A DNA stretch of 63,567 nucleotides, filler included, from Thraustochytrium aureum (Eukaryota), in the NCBI GenBank assembly GCA_012862495.1. It is 4 parts of 3 records of this genome, joined end to end, with 100 filler letters (N's around TTAATTAATTAA, not from the genome) between each part and the next. Parts side by side here need not be neighbours in the genome. Positions count along the whole stretch, not along the records: positions 27,321 to 58,783 come from BLSG01000141.1; 3 more parts are not named here. One strand, given 5' to 3'. The number at the start of each line of letters is the position of its first letter. Position 1 is the stretch's first letter. Made by a program: the position numbers and the translations under genes. Below are positions 36,022 to 47,500 of the stretch, one piece after another. Below the pieces are notes generated by a model. That model ran no database searches. It was not told where the DNA came from and was given only the letters and a program-made list of their open reading frames with translations.

Positions 36022-36136
36022 CCCACACCCTAACCAGCACCCTAACCCTCGCCCTAACCTACGCCCACACCCTAGCCGCGCGCCCTAGCCCGCGCCCACA
36101 CCCTAGCCCACACCCTAACCCGCGCCCTAACCCACG
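36022..36136. repeat. Degenerate telomere-like repeat (CCCTAA/CCCTAG alternating with CCCACA/CCCGCG)
   Basis: Eight CCCTA(A/G) cores, mostly 12 bp apart. Confidence 0.75.
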
Positions 36137-36710
36137 TTCCGCTGGGCGGGAACAGAGCGAGCTCGAGCTCGCAGTAGGGGCAAGGTGGCGGGGCCTCGCG
36201 GTTACGCGCGGCAGTCGAGGTTGCAACGCGGTGGGCCCGGGGTGGCTCCACAGAGCCACACAGCGCGAACGCAGCGGGGAGCCCCCTAGTTTCCGGTAGC
36301 TACTGCAGTCCGCAGCGTAGGAGGTCTTAGCGCGCGCCCCTTGAAGGAAACAGTGGCGCTGCGCACAGCGTAGTTTACAAATGTTTACACAGAAGCGCAC
36401 GGTCGCGGGAGGGCCTAGTGACGGGGGGGCACCCCGCGAGACGTGCGGTAAAACTCTTGATCAGCGCGGCTCTGGGATGCGCCCCAACCTGTGCTCTGCT
36501 CGGTGTGACGGCGGGAACGCGGGGGAGGCGGCCGCCTGGCGCGTTCTGTCTATTGCATGCATGTCCGTTGATCGATCGCTGGCTTGCTTGCCCGGACGCT
36601 GACGCGGCTGGAGCTGCATTCCTTCCATCAGCTTGCTCCAGCTGCACAGTGCCGCTCGAGCTTCTCGCTTTCGCCGACCAGCACGCTGCTCGAGCTGCTC
36701 GCTCATCTTG

Positions 36711-37922
36711 TTACTTGCGGTACAGCAACGAGGCCTGCGCGCCGTCGCTTCGCCGCAAAGGTGGCCCCCGAGCGCGGCCGGGGACCAGGTGGCGCCAAGA
36801 CCGCGCCTCGGAAGTCGGCCCGCCCTTCGCTCTCACGGTCTCAGCTAGCTGTGCGCGCGGCGGTACACGCGTCCCGAGGTGCTCCTCCATGAGGCGAAGG
36901 GCGAGGACTATGATTTCTCGCTTCTCGACGATGCGGTCCAGCGAGCTCGCAACGCTCTCACGGGGCGCTGCGGGCGACAGTGATTGTTGGCAATGATCCG
37001 ATGCTGCTGCCCCTGCCTCGTGCTGTGGGCTTGCTGCGGCGGGGCCAGGTGGAATGGAGAGAATACGAGCGAGCTCTCTGGCCTGCTCGAGGAGCGACTC
37101 GCGCTCGGCGCCGTTGCCGCACGCGCCCGGCGGCCAAGCGAGGCATTGCTGGTAGATCTCGCGACCGCGACCCGGCGTCGCGTCCGGGCCAAGGTCGCCG
37201 TGGTCAAGCGCGGACGTGGCCGTTGCGGTGGTCGCAACAGACGTGGCCGTCGAGTCGCTGTCATACTCGCAGAGACGCGGACTCTTCCAGCGCCCGACGA
37301 AGCGAGCTGCGGCGGCGCTCACAGGCACGTTTCCGCTCGCTTCGGCTACCGTGGGCGAGGCGCGGCCGCGGCCGCGCCCCTTGCGCGGGCTGGGCCTCTC
37401 TGCCTCCGCCCCTGCATCTGCCTCTGCCTGCCGGCGCTGTCGCCGCAGTTTGCTGATTCGCTTGCGCAGGTAGTAGTTGTGCTTGCGCTGCTGCTCGAGC
37501 TTGGTCGCGAGCAGGCTGGCGTTGTCGCCTGCCAGCGCGATAAACTCTTGCGTCTCCCGAAGCAGGTCCGTGCCGAGGACGGCTGCGCTCGGCTCGTCGG
37601 GCGGCCCGATCACGTTCAGCCGCGCAAAGTGTTCGCAAGTGGCGCGTATCCCGCTCGAGCTCCCGAGTATCGTGGACGACAGCAGCACGCGTCCGACCTC
37701 TCCGAACGGCGACTCTCCGTCGGCGGCGGCCTGGCCTCCTGCCGCGCCAGCCCTCCCAACAGCGCTCGGCGCAGGCGCCAAACCGACGCTCGCCGCGCTC
37801 CCTTCGCCCGGCCCCGCCTCGGCAGCGGCCTCGTTCACAGCGGCAGCAGCTGCAGAATTCGAGCTCGCAGCTCGCGACTTGCGGCCCCTCGACACGGCTT
37901 GGCTCTTGTCCGCTGCGGCCAT
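36711..37922 (-). CDS. Hypothetical protein with short coiled coils
   Basis: 403-codon ATG ORF with helical segments (LLRETQEFIALAGDNASLLATKLEQQRKHNYYLRKRISKLRRQ; SLDRIVEKREIIVLALRLMEEHL); no family recognised. Confidence 0.55.
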   Translation of the reverse strand: MAAADKSQAVSRGRKSRAASSNSAAAAAVNEAAAEAGPGEGSAASVGLAPAPSAVGRAGAAGGQAAADGESPFGEVGRVLLSSTILGSSSGIRATCEHFARLNVIGPPDEPSAAVLGTDLLRETQEFIALAGDNASLLATKLEQQRKHNYYLRKRISKLRRQRRQAEADAGAEAERPSPRKGRGRGRASPTVAEASGNVPVSAAAARFVGRWKSPRLCEYDSDSTATSVATTATATSALDHGDLGPDATPGRGREIYQQCLAWPPGACGNGAERESLLEQARELARILSIPPGPAAASPQHEAGAAASDHCQQSLSPAAPRESVASSLDRIVEKREIIVLALRLMEEHLGTRVPPRAQLAETVRAKGGPTSEARSWRHLVPGRARGPPLRRSDGAQASLLYRK

Positions 37923-38747
37923 GGCGCGGCGCTCTCAAACCCCGAATCGGCACAGCGAATCCTTGGCTCGCAGGTGCCAGAGTCGCCGCGACCGCGCATC
38001 CGCGTCTGCGCCCAACCCGCTCGAGCTGTTCTGCTCTGCTCGGACTCGGCCATCGCCTCGATGTGCGTCACGGGGGTCTTCAGGTGACGCGAGAACGATC
38101 GAGATTTTGCGGTTGCACGCGTCATAGTGACGGCAGTGTGACGGGGACTTGCTTTTCCAGGATTTGAGCACGTCACTAGAGGACTCCGTGTGACGAGACG
38201 AGTGCAGGAGGCGGTGAGCGCGTGGCGATTGTGGCCTAGTCAGGATCGGTCGGTCCCCAGTCGATCAGTCGGTGCTGCTGCCTTTGCAACGCCGCGTCGC
38301 TCAACACGAATCCGGAGGCCGCGCCCTCGCGCCTCGCTTTCTCCGCTTTCCTTACATTCCCCCCTTGCCGCTCGTCCACGACTCGCCACCCAGGCAATGC
38401 CAGAGTGCCATGCACGTGCAGGGGGCCGCCAGCTGCCCGGCACGGACCGGGTCGCGCCGGCCACGGGAAGCGCACGTCCCGCCGCCGTGGCTAGCTCGCT
38501 TGCCGCGCTTTTTCCCCGACCCGCCGCCGATGGCGCGGCATTTTGGGGACGGGGCGGCTGGCACTCGCCAGACTCGCAACCGTCCGCCGCGGCAGGTGAT
38601 CGTGTGGTCGCGTTGGGCCGAGCCGGTCGGTCGATGGCATGAGCCTCGGCGCGACCTGACGCGAACGGTGCGCGCGGTGATCGTCGGCTGCCTGGCTGGC
38701 TGACGCGCGCTCAAGCCAACTCGAGCAACGAGGCCTACTGCCTGCAT

Positions 38748-38820
38748 TCGACGCGGTCGGGGTTGACGACGCGGTCGAGGTAGACGACGCGGTCGGGGTC
38801 GACGACGCGGTCGACGACCT
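38748..38820. repeat. 18-bp tandem repeat (GACGACGCGGTCGRGGTH) x ~4
   Basis: Read directly, just upstream of ATG 38878. Confidence 0.75.
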
Positions 38821-38877
38821 CGCTGGATGCGGACCGGGCACGGTGGTGGTTGCAGGGCGGCGGCCTCAGCGATCCGC

Positions 38878-40178
38878 ATGGCTCGAAGCGCCGTGCTTGC
38901 CCTTGCTGTCCTCGCGGCGCTCGCGTTCGCGTCCGGCGCGGACGNNNNNNNNNNNNNNNNNNNNNNNNNNNNNNNNNNNNNNNNNNNNNNNNNNNNNNNN
39001 NNNNNNNNNNNNNNNNNNNNNNNNNNNNNNNNNNNNNNNNNNNNNNNNNNNNNNNNNNNNNNNNNNNNNNNNNNNNNNNNNNNNNNNNNNNNNNNNNNNN
39101 NNNNNNNNNNNNNNNNNNNNNNNNNNNNNNNNNNNNNNNNNNNNNNNNNNNNNNNNNNNNNNNNNNNNNNNNNNNNNNNNNNNNNNNNNNNNNNNNNNNN
39201 NNNGATCTAGTGGGCGCCCGTGTGGTGCGAGGGGGCGACTGGCAGTGGTACAACCAGGACGGCGGCCACGGCGCGCTCGGGGTGGTTGTCGAGGTGACAG
39301 ACTGGAAAGAAGAGCCAGGGCGGGCCCTCCGCGTGCTTTGGGACAGCGGCGCCTGGAACTTGTACAGGTGGGGTGCCGAGGGCGGCAAGTACGACGTTGA
39401 GGTCCGAAGGAACGAGCCGCGCGTGCCTCGGGGCTCGATCCAGTGGGAGGCGCCCAAGCCGCTAGATAACCGTGCGCATGAAGGCCAACGCGCTGCTCTG
39501 CTCGAGCTATACGCCGCTCTAGGCGGACCACACTGGCGGTTCAAGAAGGGCTGGGAACAGGCCGCCGCCATTGCCAGACCAGCTCAAGGCGACCAAGCGC
39601 CAAATCCTGGGGATCTACTCGACGAGGCTTGCGAGGAGCCAGGGCCGAAAGTTGACGGCCTGCTGAACGACGCCGTGGGCGGGCCCGCCAACGAAAGCCC
39701 GTCGGGAGACAGCGATCCCTGTCTCGCGCCCTGGGTCGGCGTTCTATGCAGAGGCGGAACCGTCGTCTCGCTGAGGCTCGACCAGAACGGCTTGGACGGA
39801 ACTCTGCCCGGGTCGGCGCTGGCGCGGCTGTCCGCACTCGAGTCTTTGGACCTGAGCCTAAATAGCATTCGCGGGCCGCTGCCACCAGAGCTCGGAGCGC
39901 TCCGCGAGCTGCAGTTCTTGGAGCTCAAACACAACAGCTTGAGCGGGCCGATTGGGCCTTGGATCGGCCAGCTCGAGCGCCTCTCGTGGCTCGGGCTGGC
40001 CAACAATCGGCTGACCGGCCGGATCCCACGCGAGCTCGGCCGACTGACGGCGCTTCAGTTTGCGTTCCTTTCGCATAACCAGCTCGCGCTGTCGCAGAGC
40101 GGGGGCGGAGTGCCAGCCGAGGTTCGGGCGCTGCCCCGCCTTGCGCGACAGCACCCTCGAGTTGAAGGCAACGTGTAG
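38878..40178 (+). CDS. Secreted protein: signal peptide + (gap) + MIB/HERC2 domain + LRR N-cap + plant-type LRRs
   Basis: [47 protein letters not shown]...[24 protein letters not shown] (MIB/HERC2); [17 protein letters not shown]...[12 protein letters not shown]; LxxLxxLxLxxNxLxGxIP repeats. Confidence 0.85.
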
Positions 40179-40263
40179 TGCAAAATATTCATCGTCCAGG
40201 ATTGTATGTACTCATATATACCTCCACGTCGCACCAGGCGCAAGGGGCGGGTTGGGTTGCGCG

Positions 40264-41333
40264 TCAACCCCGAGCGAGCTTGAGGAGTGGCCCCAGTCCA
40301 GTCGGGATTGAGCGAACTGTTCCAGACTCGACAGCGTCCATGACGTGATAGTCCAGGCCAGCAAGGCGACCGCTTGTGCAAGCTTGACGTTGGCACCCCC
40401 GCCCTTGGCCGCAGTCGGCGCGGGCTTGGATCGGCCGAAAAGGGGGGCCGAGGTGTTCGAGCGCGCGCCTCCTTTGGTCGATTTCGCCTTGGAGGAAGCC
40501 GACGCCACGAGGCTTGCCAGGTCGCGCTGCAAGAGCTCGTTGTTGCGCTTGCGCTTGATGGCTGCCACTATGAGGCGGCGCGCGTCCTTGACGATGCCTA
40601 CGAGCTCGCCGAGCCGAGGCAACGTGAACCAGTAGCTGTCGGCCTCGAACACGTCCACGCGCCGTACCAAGAGACACGCGTCCCGAAGCGCTCCCAGCGC
40701 CGGCCGGCCCGAGCGCTGCTACCTTGGCGGCGGGACGCAGGCTCCCGGCCCTCGGTCCCCAGCATCAGGTTGTTGAGGTCTTGAGCGGAGATGCCAGGTC
40801 GCTGCAGTGCGGTAGGACGCGGTCGCAGAACCGGGCAACCGCCTCGGCCTCGGCCAACTTGCCCCCTCGCGAAGCCGAGCTGCAAGGTCGCGCGCCAGGT
40901 CCTGGTACTCGGCCTCCAAGACGACGGCCCGGTCCGAAGGCCCTGTGCTCACGTATAAGAGCCGGAGCTGGCCAGCCCGTTGCGCTTGTTGCAACTCGCG
41001 GTCGGCCGCGCTCCTGCTCTTCACGACGCTGTAAACGTGATGGGCGAAAGTGACCGGAATACCAGTTGGCGCCACTGCGCGCACCTTGCGCAGCAGCAAC
41101 TGAACTGCCGCGAACGAGTCGGTCGGCACGAGGTCAGAAACCGCAGCCTCGAAGGCTGCGTCCTCCGCGTCCTCCGCGTCCTCGGCCCCGTGCTCGCTGG
41201 CCCGCACCATGCCCCGCGTCCTCTTCATCGCCGGCCGCCCACGCGCGTCCGCTTCGCTCCGCCCAGCGCGCTCCAGCAGCTCCCGTGGCCGTTTCGCCGG
41301 GCCATTCTCGCCGACGCCAGACCTGCCGGCCAT
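40264..41333 (-). CDS. STK19: STK19 (winged-helix transcription-coupled repair factor) homolog; multiple frame breaks
   Basis: PTDSFAAV, IPVTFAHHVYSVVKSRSAADRELQQAQRAGQLRLL, YWFTLPRLGELVGIVKDARRLIVAAIKRKRNNELL and GLDYHVMDAVESGTVRSIPTGLGPLLKL parallel the blocks of human STK19 in order. Confidence 0.8.
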
Positions 41334-41903
41334 CCCTGGCTCCGCCTGCCCGCCTGGAGCAGTTCGGCCCCGCAGCCGCCGACCACGCTGCGCAGAGGCA
41401 GAGCCACGGGCGCCTGCACTGCGCAGAGCGTCCTGCGCGGCCTGGTCGCTCGCGCACGTTGACTCGCTCGAACAGGCTGTCAACTGGGCCGCGAGCGAGG
41501 CGGATCCACGACGATCTGTGCCAGATCCCTTACGCTTGGCTGCACGCAGTAGCACCACTCGATAGCAGCAGCAGCAGCAGCAGCAGCAGCAGCNNNNNNN
41601 NNNNNNNNNNNNNNNNNNNNNNNNNNNNNNNNNNNNNNNNNNNNNNNNNNNNNNNNNNNNNNNNNNNNNNNNNNNNNNNNNNNNNNNNNNNNNNNNNNNN
41701 NNNNNNNNNNNNNNNNNNNNNNNNNNNNNNNNNNNNNNNNNNNNNNNNNNNNNNNNNNNNNNNNNNNNNNNNNNNNNNNNNNNNNNNNNNNNNNNNNNNN
41801 NNNNNNNNNNNNNNNNNNNNNNNNNNNNNNNNNNNNNNNNNNNNNNNNNNNNNNNNNNNNNNNNNNNNNNNNNNNNNNNNNNNNNNNNNNNNNNNNNNNN
41901 NNN

Positions 41904-42245
41904 GAGAACACCTTTGCCGTGGCCGGCGGGATGATCTCGCTGTTCGCGATGCTGCTGGCCCTCATGTTTCCTTACGAGGGGTTCCAGAACTCGCTGCTGG
42001 GTCTCGGCTGCTTTTGGTTTGGCGCCAACGGGGCGCACGGGTCCAAGGTCACCTTTACTTATGAGTTCGTAGGTCTCGTCGTCCTCCTCGTCCTGGCGCT
42101 CTTTTTCCTTGCTGACGCCGGCCCTGCCTCAGAGGGCGACAAGGAGACTGCGGCTAAGGCGAGCGCCAAGAAGAAAAAGGACGACGACTGGGACGACGGA
42201 ATCGAGGGCACGTTCGGGGAAGGCAAGTGCTGCGGCGGGCACTGA
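41904..42245 (+). CDS. 3' part of a small membrane protein (5' end in gap)
   Basis: Hydrophobic segments (GGMISLFAMLLALMF; FVGLVVLLVLALFFL) followed by a charged tail ending GKCCGGH; coding-like codon usage. Confidence 0.55.
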   Translation, partial: ENTFAVAGGMISLFAMLLALMFPYEGFQNSLLGLGCFWFGANGAHGSKVTFTYEFVGLVVLLVLALFFLADAGPASEGDKETAAKASAKKKKDDDWDDGIEGTFGEGKCCGGH

Positions 42246-42491
42246 GGCGCCAGGGATGCGCGCGTTGCGGTCCATGGATTTCAAAAAGAGTTCCTTCAGT
42301 TTCGATCTCTCCCTTCGTACTTGCCCTTGTTGATCTTGTTGATCTTGATCAAGATCAAGATTGAATGTTGACAAAAAAGATGCAATGGCTCAAACGAGAT
42401 TTCTACAGGCGGGCAGGTCGAAAGCGAGAGGGGGTTGTTCAAGGGGCGCACAGCGTCGGGGGCGCGAGCAGCAAGCATGGGCCTGCTTTGT

Positions 42492-43503
42492 TCAAACGCA
42501 AATGCAGAGCGACGAAGCAATGCTGCCGGAGTTCGGCTCGGACCTTCTCCTCCGCTGCCCCAGCCGGTCCTCCTTGAAGGTGACCAAAAACACCGAAGCC
42601 ATCGACCCCAGGGTGAGGAAAGTCCCCAGCACGAGCAGACAAACCGGATACCGCGCGTAACCGTCCACAAAGTACTGGGCCACTTGTTCCCGAAAGTTGA
42701 AAAATGTGGACGCAGGGCAAACCCCCGCGCCGCGGAGCGCCAAGCAGGTGTCGATGCGCACGTCCAAGGCGCGCTCGTACACTAAAAGGTCGCTCACACA
42801 GGGGATCTGCAAGAGGCTGGCGTCGCTGGTGTGGCGCAACAGCGCGCAGCTCACCACGGGCTCGTGGAACCCGCAGCCACAGCCATCGTAAATGGCCATT
42901 TGGGTTGCCTCCACTGGCCCGAGCTCCAGGCCGGTCGATTTGCCATGCACAAGCCTCACCTGCAGCGCGACCACACGAACGCCAACGTACAGGCCGAGCA
43001 AGCCGATGCAGCACCTGAGCGCGTTGACGGCCAGAAAGCACCGCCTGCTGGTCCAGTACCTTGTCACGGTGGTGAAGCCGGCTACAAGGTTGGTTGCGTG
43101 CGCGAGCAGCAGCACGTTGAGCAGCGACGCGTATCCGAACGCGTCGACGAAGAGCAAGTCGAGCTCGCTCCTGCTGCGATTCTTGAACAAGTTGAGCACC
43201 AGCAGCGTCATCAAGAACGCGGCTGGTACGAGGATAGTCTGGTGAACGTACATCCACCGCTGCGAGAGTCGGCAGGGCGCGGTGTCGGTCGCCTCGCCCT
43301 CCGCGGCAGGTTGCTGGTCCTCTTGTGCCGGCTGCTCCTTCGCGAGCAAGGCAAGCCTCGGGTCTGTGCTCTTCCTGCGCTGCCTCGACAGCGCGCGCGT
43401 CAGCTCAGGCAGCCCGAGTCCGTGCAGCAAGCGCAGCGTGCCGTCGCAGGCCAGCTCGCCGGCCGCATCTCCTTGCTTGCCAAACGCGTTCACCAGCTTC
43501 ATT
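42492..43503 (-). CDS. 3' part of a multi-pass membrane protein of unknown function (5' end in gap)
   Basis: Long open frame with about four hydrophobic segments and a Cys-rich loop (YDGCGCG...SC...PC...TC...VCP). Confidence 0.55.
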
Positions 43504-44508
43504 NNNNNNNNNNNNNNNNNNNNNNNNNNNNNNNNNNNNNNNNNNNNNNNNNNNNNNNNNNNNNNNNNNNNNNNNNNNNNNNNNNNNNNNNNNNNNNNNN
43601 NNNNNNNNNNNNNNNNNNNNNNNNNNNNNNNNNNNNNNNNNNNNNNNNNNNNNNNNNNNNNNNNNNNNNNNNNNNNNNNNNNNNNNNNNNNNNNNNNNNN
43701 NNNNNNNNNNNNNNNNNNNNNNNNNNNNNNNNNNNNNNNNNNNNNNNNNNNNNNNNNNNNNNNNNNNNNNNNNNNNNNNNNNNNNNNNNNNNNNNNNNNN
43801 NNNNNNNNNNNNNNNNNNNNNNNNNNNNNNNNNNNNNNNNNNNNNNNNNNNNNNNNNNNNNNNNNNNNNNNNNNNNNNNNNNNNNNNNNNNNNNNNNNNN
43901 NNNNNNNNNNNNNNNNNNNNNNNNNNNNNNNNNNNNNNNNNNNNNNNNNNNNNNNNNNNNNNNNNNNNNNNNNNNNNNNNNNNNNNNNNNNNNNNNNNNN
44001 NNNNNNNNNNNNNNNNNNNNNNNNNNNNNNNNNNNNNNNNNNNNNNNNNNNNNNNNNNNNNNNNNNNNNNNNNNNNNNNNNNNNNNNNNNNNNNNNNNNN
44101 NNNNNNAATGAAAGGAAGAATGAAAGAATGAAAGTACTCAGCCCCACCTACCTGATGAGCTGGTGAGGACGAAACTGCACCGGCCATGTGCGAGTGGCCG
44201 GGAATCATCAGCGCAGAGTCGCAGACATGCCGTCCCGACGTCCACGTAACGACTCGGACGGAGACGACGGTGGTTTTCGCTGTGGCGCAGCTCTCGCGAG
44301 CGGGCGTGCGTGCGTGCATGTGTGCGTGCATGTGTGCATGTGTGCGTGCGTGCCAACGCCCTGCCCGCGCTGGTACTTGCTCACTCCCTCCTGCATGGTG
44401 TTGCGCAACGAGGGCTGCCAAGCGAGGACTCGCCTCGCAAACGGCTATGGTTGGTGCCAGCCACCGACCCTCCCTCCGTCCACCCAGGCCGTCGGCGTGC
44501 GGATCTAC

Positions 44509-47500
44509 CTACGGAGCGCCGGGCTGCGGTTGTGTCTTGTTTGTGCGCTGCGCCGCCCGGCGCGCCTTGTCGACGAAAGCGCCGTTGGTCAAGTACTCGA
44601 GGTAGCTCACGAACGGCGGGGCGGCGCGGCCTCGGCGCACCGAAGACTTGCTCGTCGCTGCGCGGCGGCCCTCCGCGGCAGACTGACCGACTGCCGATGC
44701 CGCCACGCTTGGTGTTGGTGCGGAGCAGACGACGACAGCCGTCCTGCCGCGCGGACACCGACACGGCTGGTCCGCTGGCTGCGCCGACCGCAACCTCTGG
44801 CGCTCCACCATAGCGGCCCGCCGTCTGGGCGACCTCTCTGCTCTGCCCTGCCCTGAAGAAACGGTCCGAAGAAACGGGTCTGACGGGCGGCAGTTCAGGG
44901 CGGCACGGCGGACACCGAGGCCGCGAGCGACTCGTCGAGGACTGCCTTGACGTGCAAGGCGTCCTGGCGGTCCGCCCCGCNNNNNNNNNNNNNNNNNNNN
45001 NNNNNNNNNNNNNNNNNNNNNNNNNNNNNNNNNNNNNNNNNNNNNNNNNNNNNNNNNNNNNNNNNNNNNNNNNNNNNNNNNNNNNNNNNNNNNNNNNNNN
45101 NNNNNNNNNNNNNNNNNNNNNNNNNNNNNNNNNNNNNNNNNNNNNNNNNNNNNNNNNNNNNNNNNNNNNNNNNNNNNNNNNNNNNNNNNNNNNNNNNNNN
45201 NNNNNNNNNNNNNNNNNNNNNNNNNNNNNNNNNNNNNNNNNNNNNNNNNNNNNNNNNNNNNNNNNNNNNNNNNNNNNNNNNNNNNNNNNNNNNNNNNNNN
45301 NNNNNNNNNNNNNNNNNNNNNNNNNNNNNNNNNNNNNNNNNNNNNNNNNNNNNNNNNNNNNNNNNNNNNNNNNNNNNNNNNNNNNNNNNNNNNNNNNNNN
45401 NNNNNNNNNNNNNNNNNNNNNNNNNNNNNNNNNNNNNNNNNNNNNNNNNNNNNNNNNNNNNNNNNNNNNNNNNNNNNNNNNNNNNNNNNNNNNNNNNNNN
45501 NNNNNNNNNNNNNNNNNNNNNNNNNNNNNNNNNNNNNNNNNNNNNNNNNNNNNNNNNNNNNNNNNNNNNNNNNNNNNNNNNNNNNNNNNNNNNNNNNNNN
45601 NNNNNNNNNNNNNNNNNNNNNCTCCGTCGCCAGCACTGCCCAGGCGGGGGCGATCGCCGGCTCGCGCTGCGCGCGAGGCCAGCGTGGCGGCGTCCAGGAC
45701 GCCAACCATCGGCTTGATTGCAGCACCGACCACGCCCCTTCCAATCCCACCAACAAAACCAGCAGGGCCACTGGCGCGCGCGCCGCGGAACGGCTCTGTG
45801 ACGAGCCCCGTGACGCCCTCCGTGACGCCCTCGCTTACGAGCCCAAAGCCCTGCGAAAATAGTCCTCTGCCGCCCCCCCTTGCCGCGGCGTCGTCGGGCC
45901 TCGGCTGACCCAGGCGGCCCTCGAGCGCCGTTCTCGCCTCGTCTTGCTCGCGCCGCTTGAGGATGTATTCGTTACTCATCGACATGGTCGCCAGTCCCCG
46001 CGCGAGCCCGCGCAGCATCGTCTCAGAAACGGCCGCCGTTCCGTCCAGCAGGCCCATGGCCCCGTCCCGCAGCGAGGCTGGCTCAGAACCCGCCGAGGCC
46101 GCCGCGGCCGAGCTTGGCGCGCGGCGACCGCTCAGGATGCTCCCAACGCTCTTTCCGAAGCTCCGAATCAAGTTGACCGGCTTCTCGAGCATCTCCGAGG
46201 TCACGAACGCCGTGCTGGCCAGCTCGGCAGCCAGCTGAAACTTGAGGTGCTGGGTTAGCGCATTCGTGGCCCAGTCGTCCACAACGACGTGGGTCAGGAC
46301 CAGCGAACGCACCTTGACGCGCTGGTTCCGCAGCTCTCCGCGAAGCAAGTGATCCAGGGCCAGCGCCCAGTACGGCAGGCGGTTTCCGCCACCCGCGTCC
46401 AGATCGGTCACTCTCGAAATGGCAGAGGCCACCACTTGGAGCGGTGACACCTCGCGCCGACTGGTGAGCCTCAGGCGCTCCGCCCCGACTGTATCAGCGT
46501 CGCTCGCCGACGTGGTTGACGACGGGTTCAAGCTGACCTTCGCGGTCAGCTCGCCGAGCCGCACGAGGTCAAAGTAGACGGCGCGGCGCCCCGCCGCAGC
46601 CCCAGGCGGCTCCGTCTGCGCAAAGCCAGCGGCGAGGTCGGGCGCGCCCCAGCCGCCGCCCTCGCGTGCCGCTTGCGCGGCCAGCTGGGCAAAGTGCGAA
46701 GGACCCGGGCATGTTGCTTGCCAAGTTGCAAATCAAGCTCGCCGAGGTGAAGCGACGCGTATTTGATGCGAAGAGGGTGGTCCGCTTCTTCGAGGGCCCG
46801 ATCGGCCAAGCCCGCCCCACGCCCTTCGCGACGCACATACCATGATACCATCGACGATATTGCGCTGTCACCGGCTTGGCTCGCGGCCGACTGCTCGAGC
46901 CTGAGCATCGTCGGGATCGCGCTCCAAGGGTCGGCGTCATCGACCTGAACTGTCGCCACCTCAACCTGGACCTTGCCCAAGACGTCGGAAAGCGCGTACG
47001 ATAGCTCGGCGCCGCCAAAGTGGGCGCACAAAAGCTCGCGCGACGTGCCCACCACCGACACCGTGAGCCCCTGCGCGAGCTCCATCCTCGCACTGAGCCT
47101 GACTGCCTCCTCCACGTGCAGCGGCGCTGGCAAGACGGCCCAAGGGTGGCTCACACACACCACCCTTGGTGGCGCGCTCGCTGTACACGCGAACGTGGAG
47201 CACTTGCGCATCTTCACGTCCGCCGCCGCCCGCTGCTGTAGAGCGGATGACCAAAGTCTTCGGGCCCGCTCCGACGTCGCTGTGCAGGTCGACAACGACG
47301 ACGTCCTCTTGCTCCGCCTCGCCTTTTGACTCGTCCCAAACGGATCCAGCGCCCTCGCCAACGCTCCCTGCTGCGACGGCGTGGTCCGCAAGGCGAACCG
47401 CAAGCTGCGGCTGAGACCGTTTGGTCATCTCCTCCCACCCGAAAGCGCAGGCCCGCCGATCGCTCACGATCAGCGGCAAAGACCCGCGAGAACGGCGCCC

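Noticed and set aside
3113..41333. Pseudogene status for frameshifted genes (RAPTOR, NSUN2, WASH1, STK19, M6)
   Set aside because: Conserved motifs are intact on both sides of each break, and the breaks examined are mostly single-base losses typical of draft sequence error.
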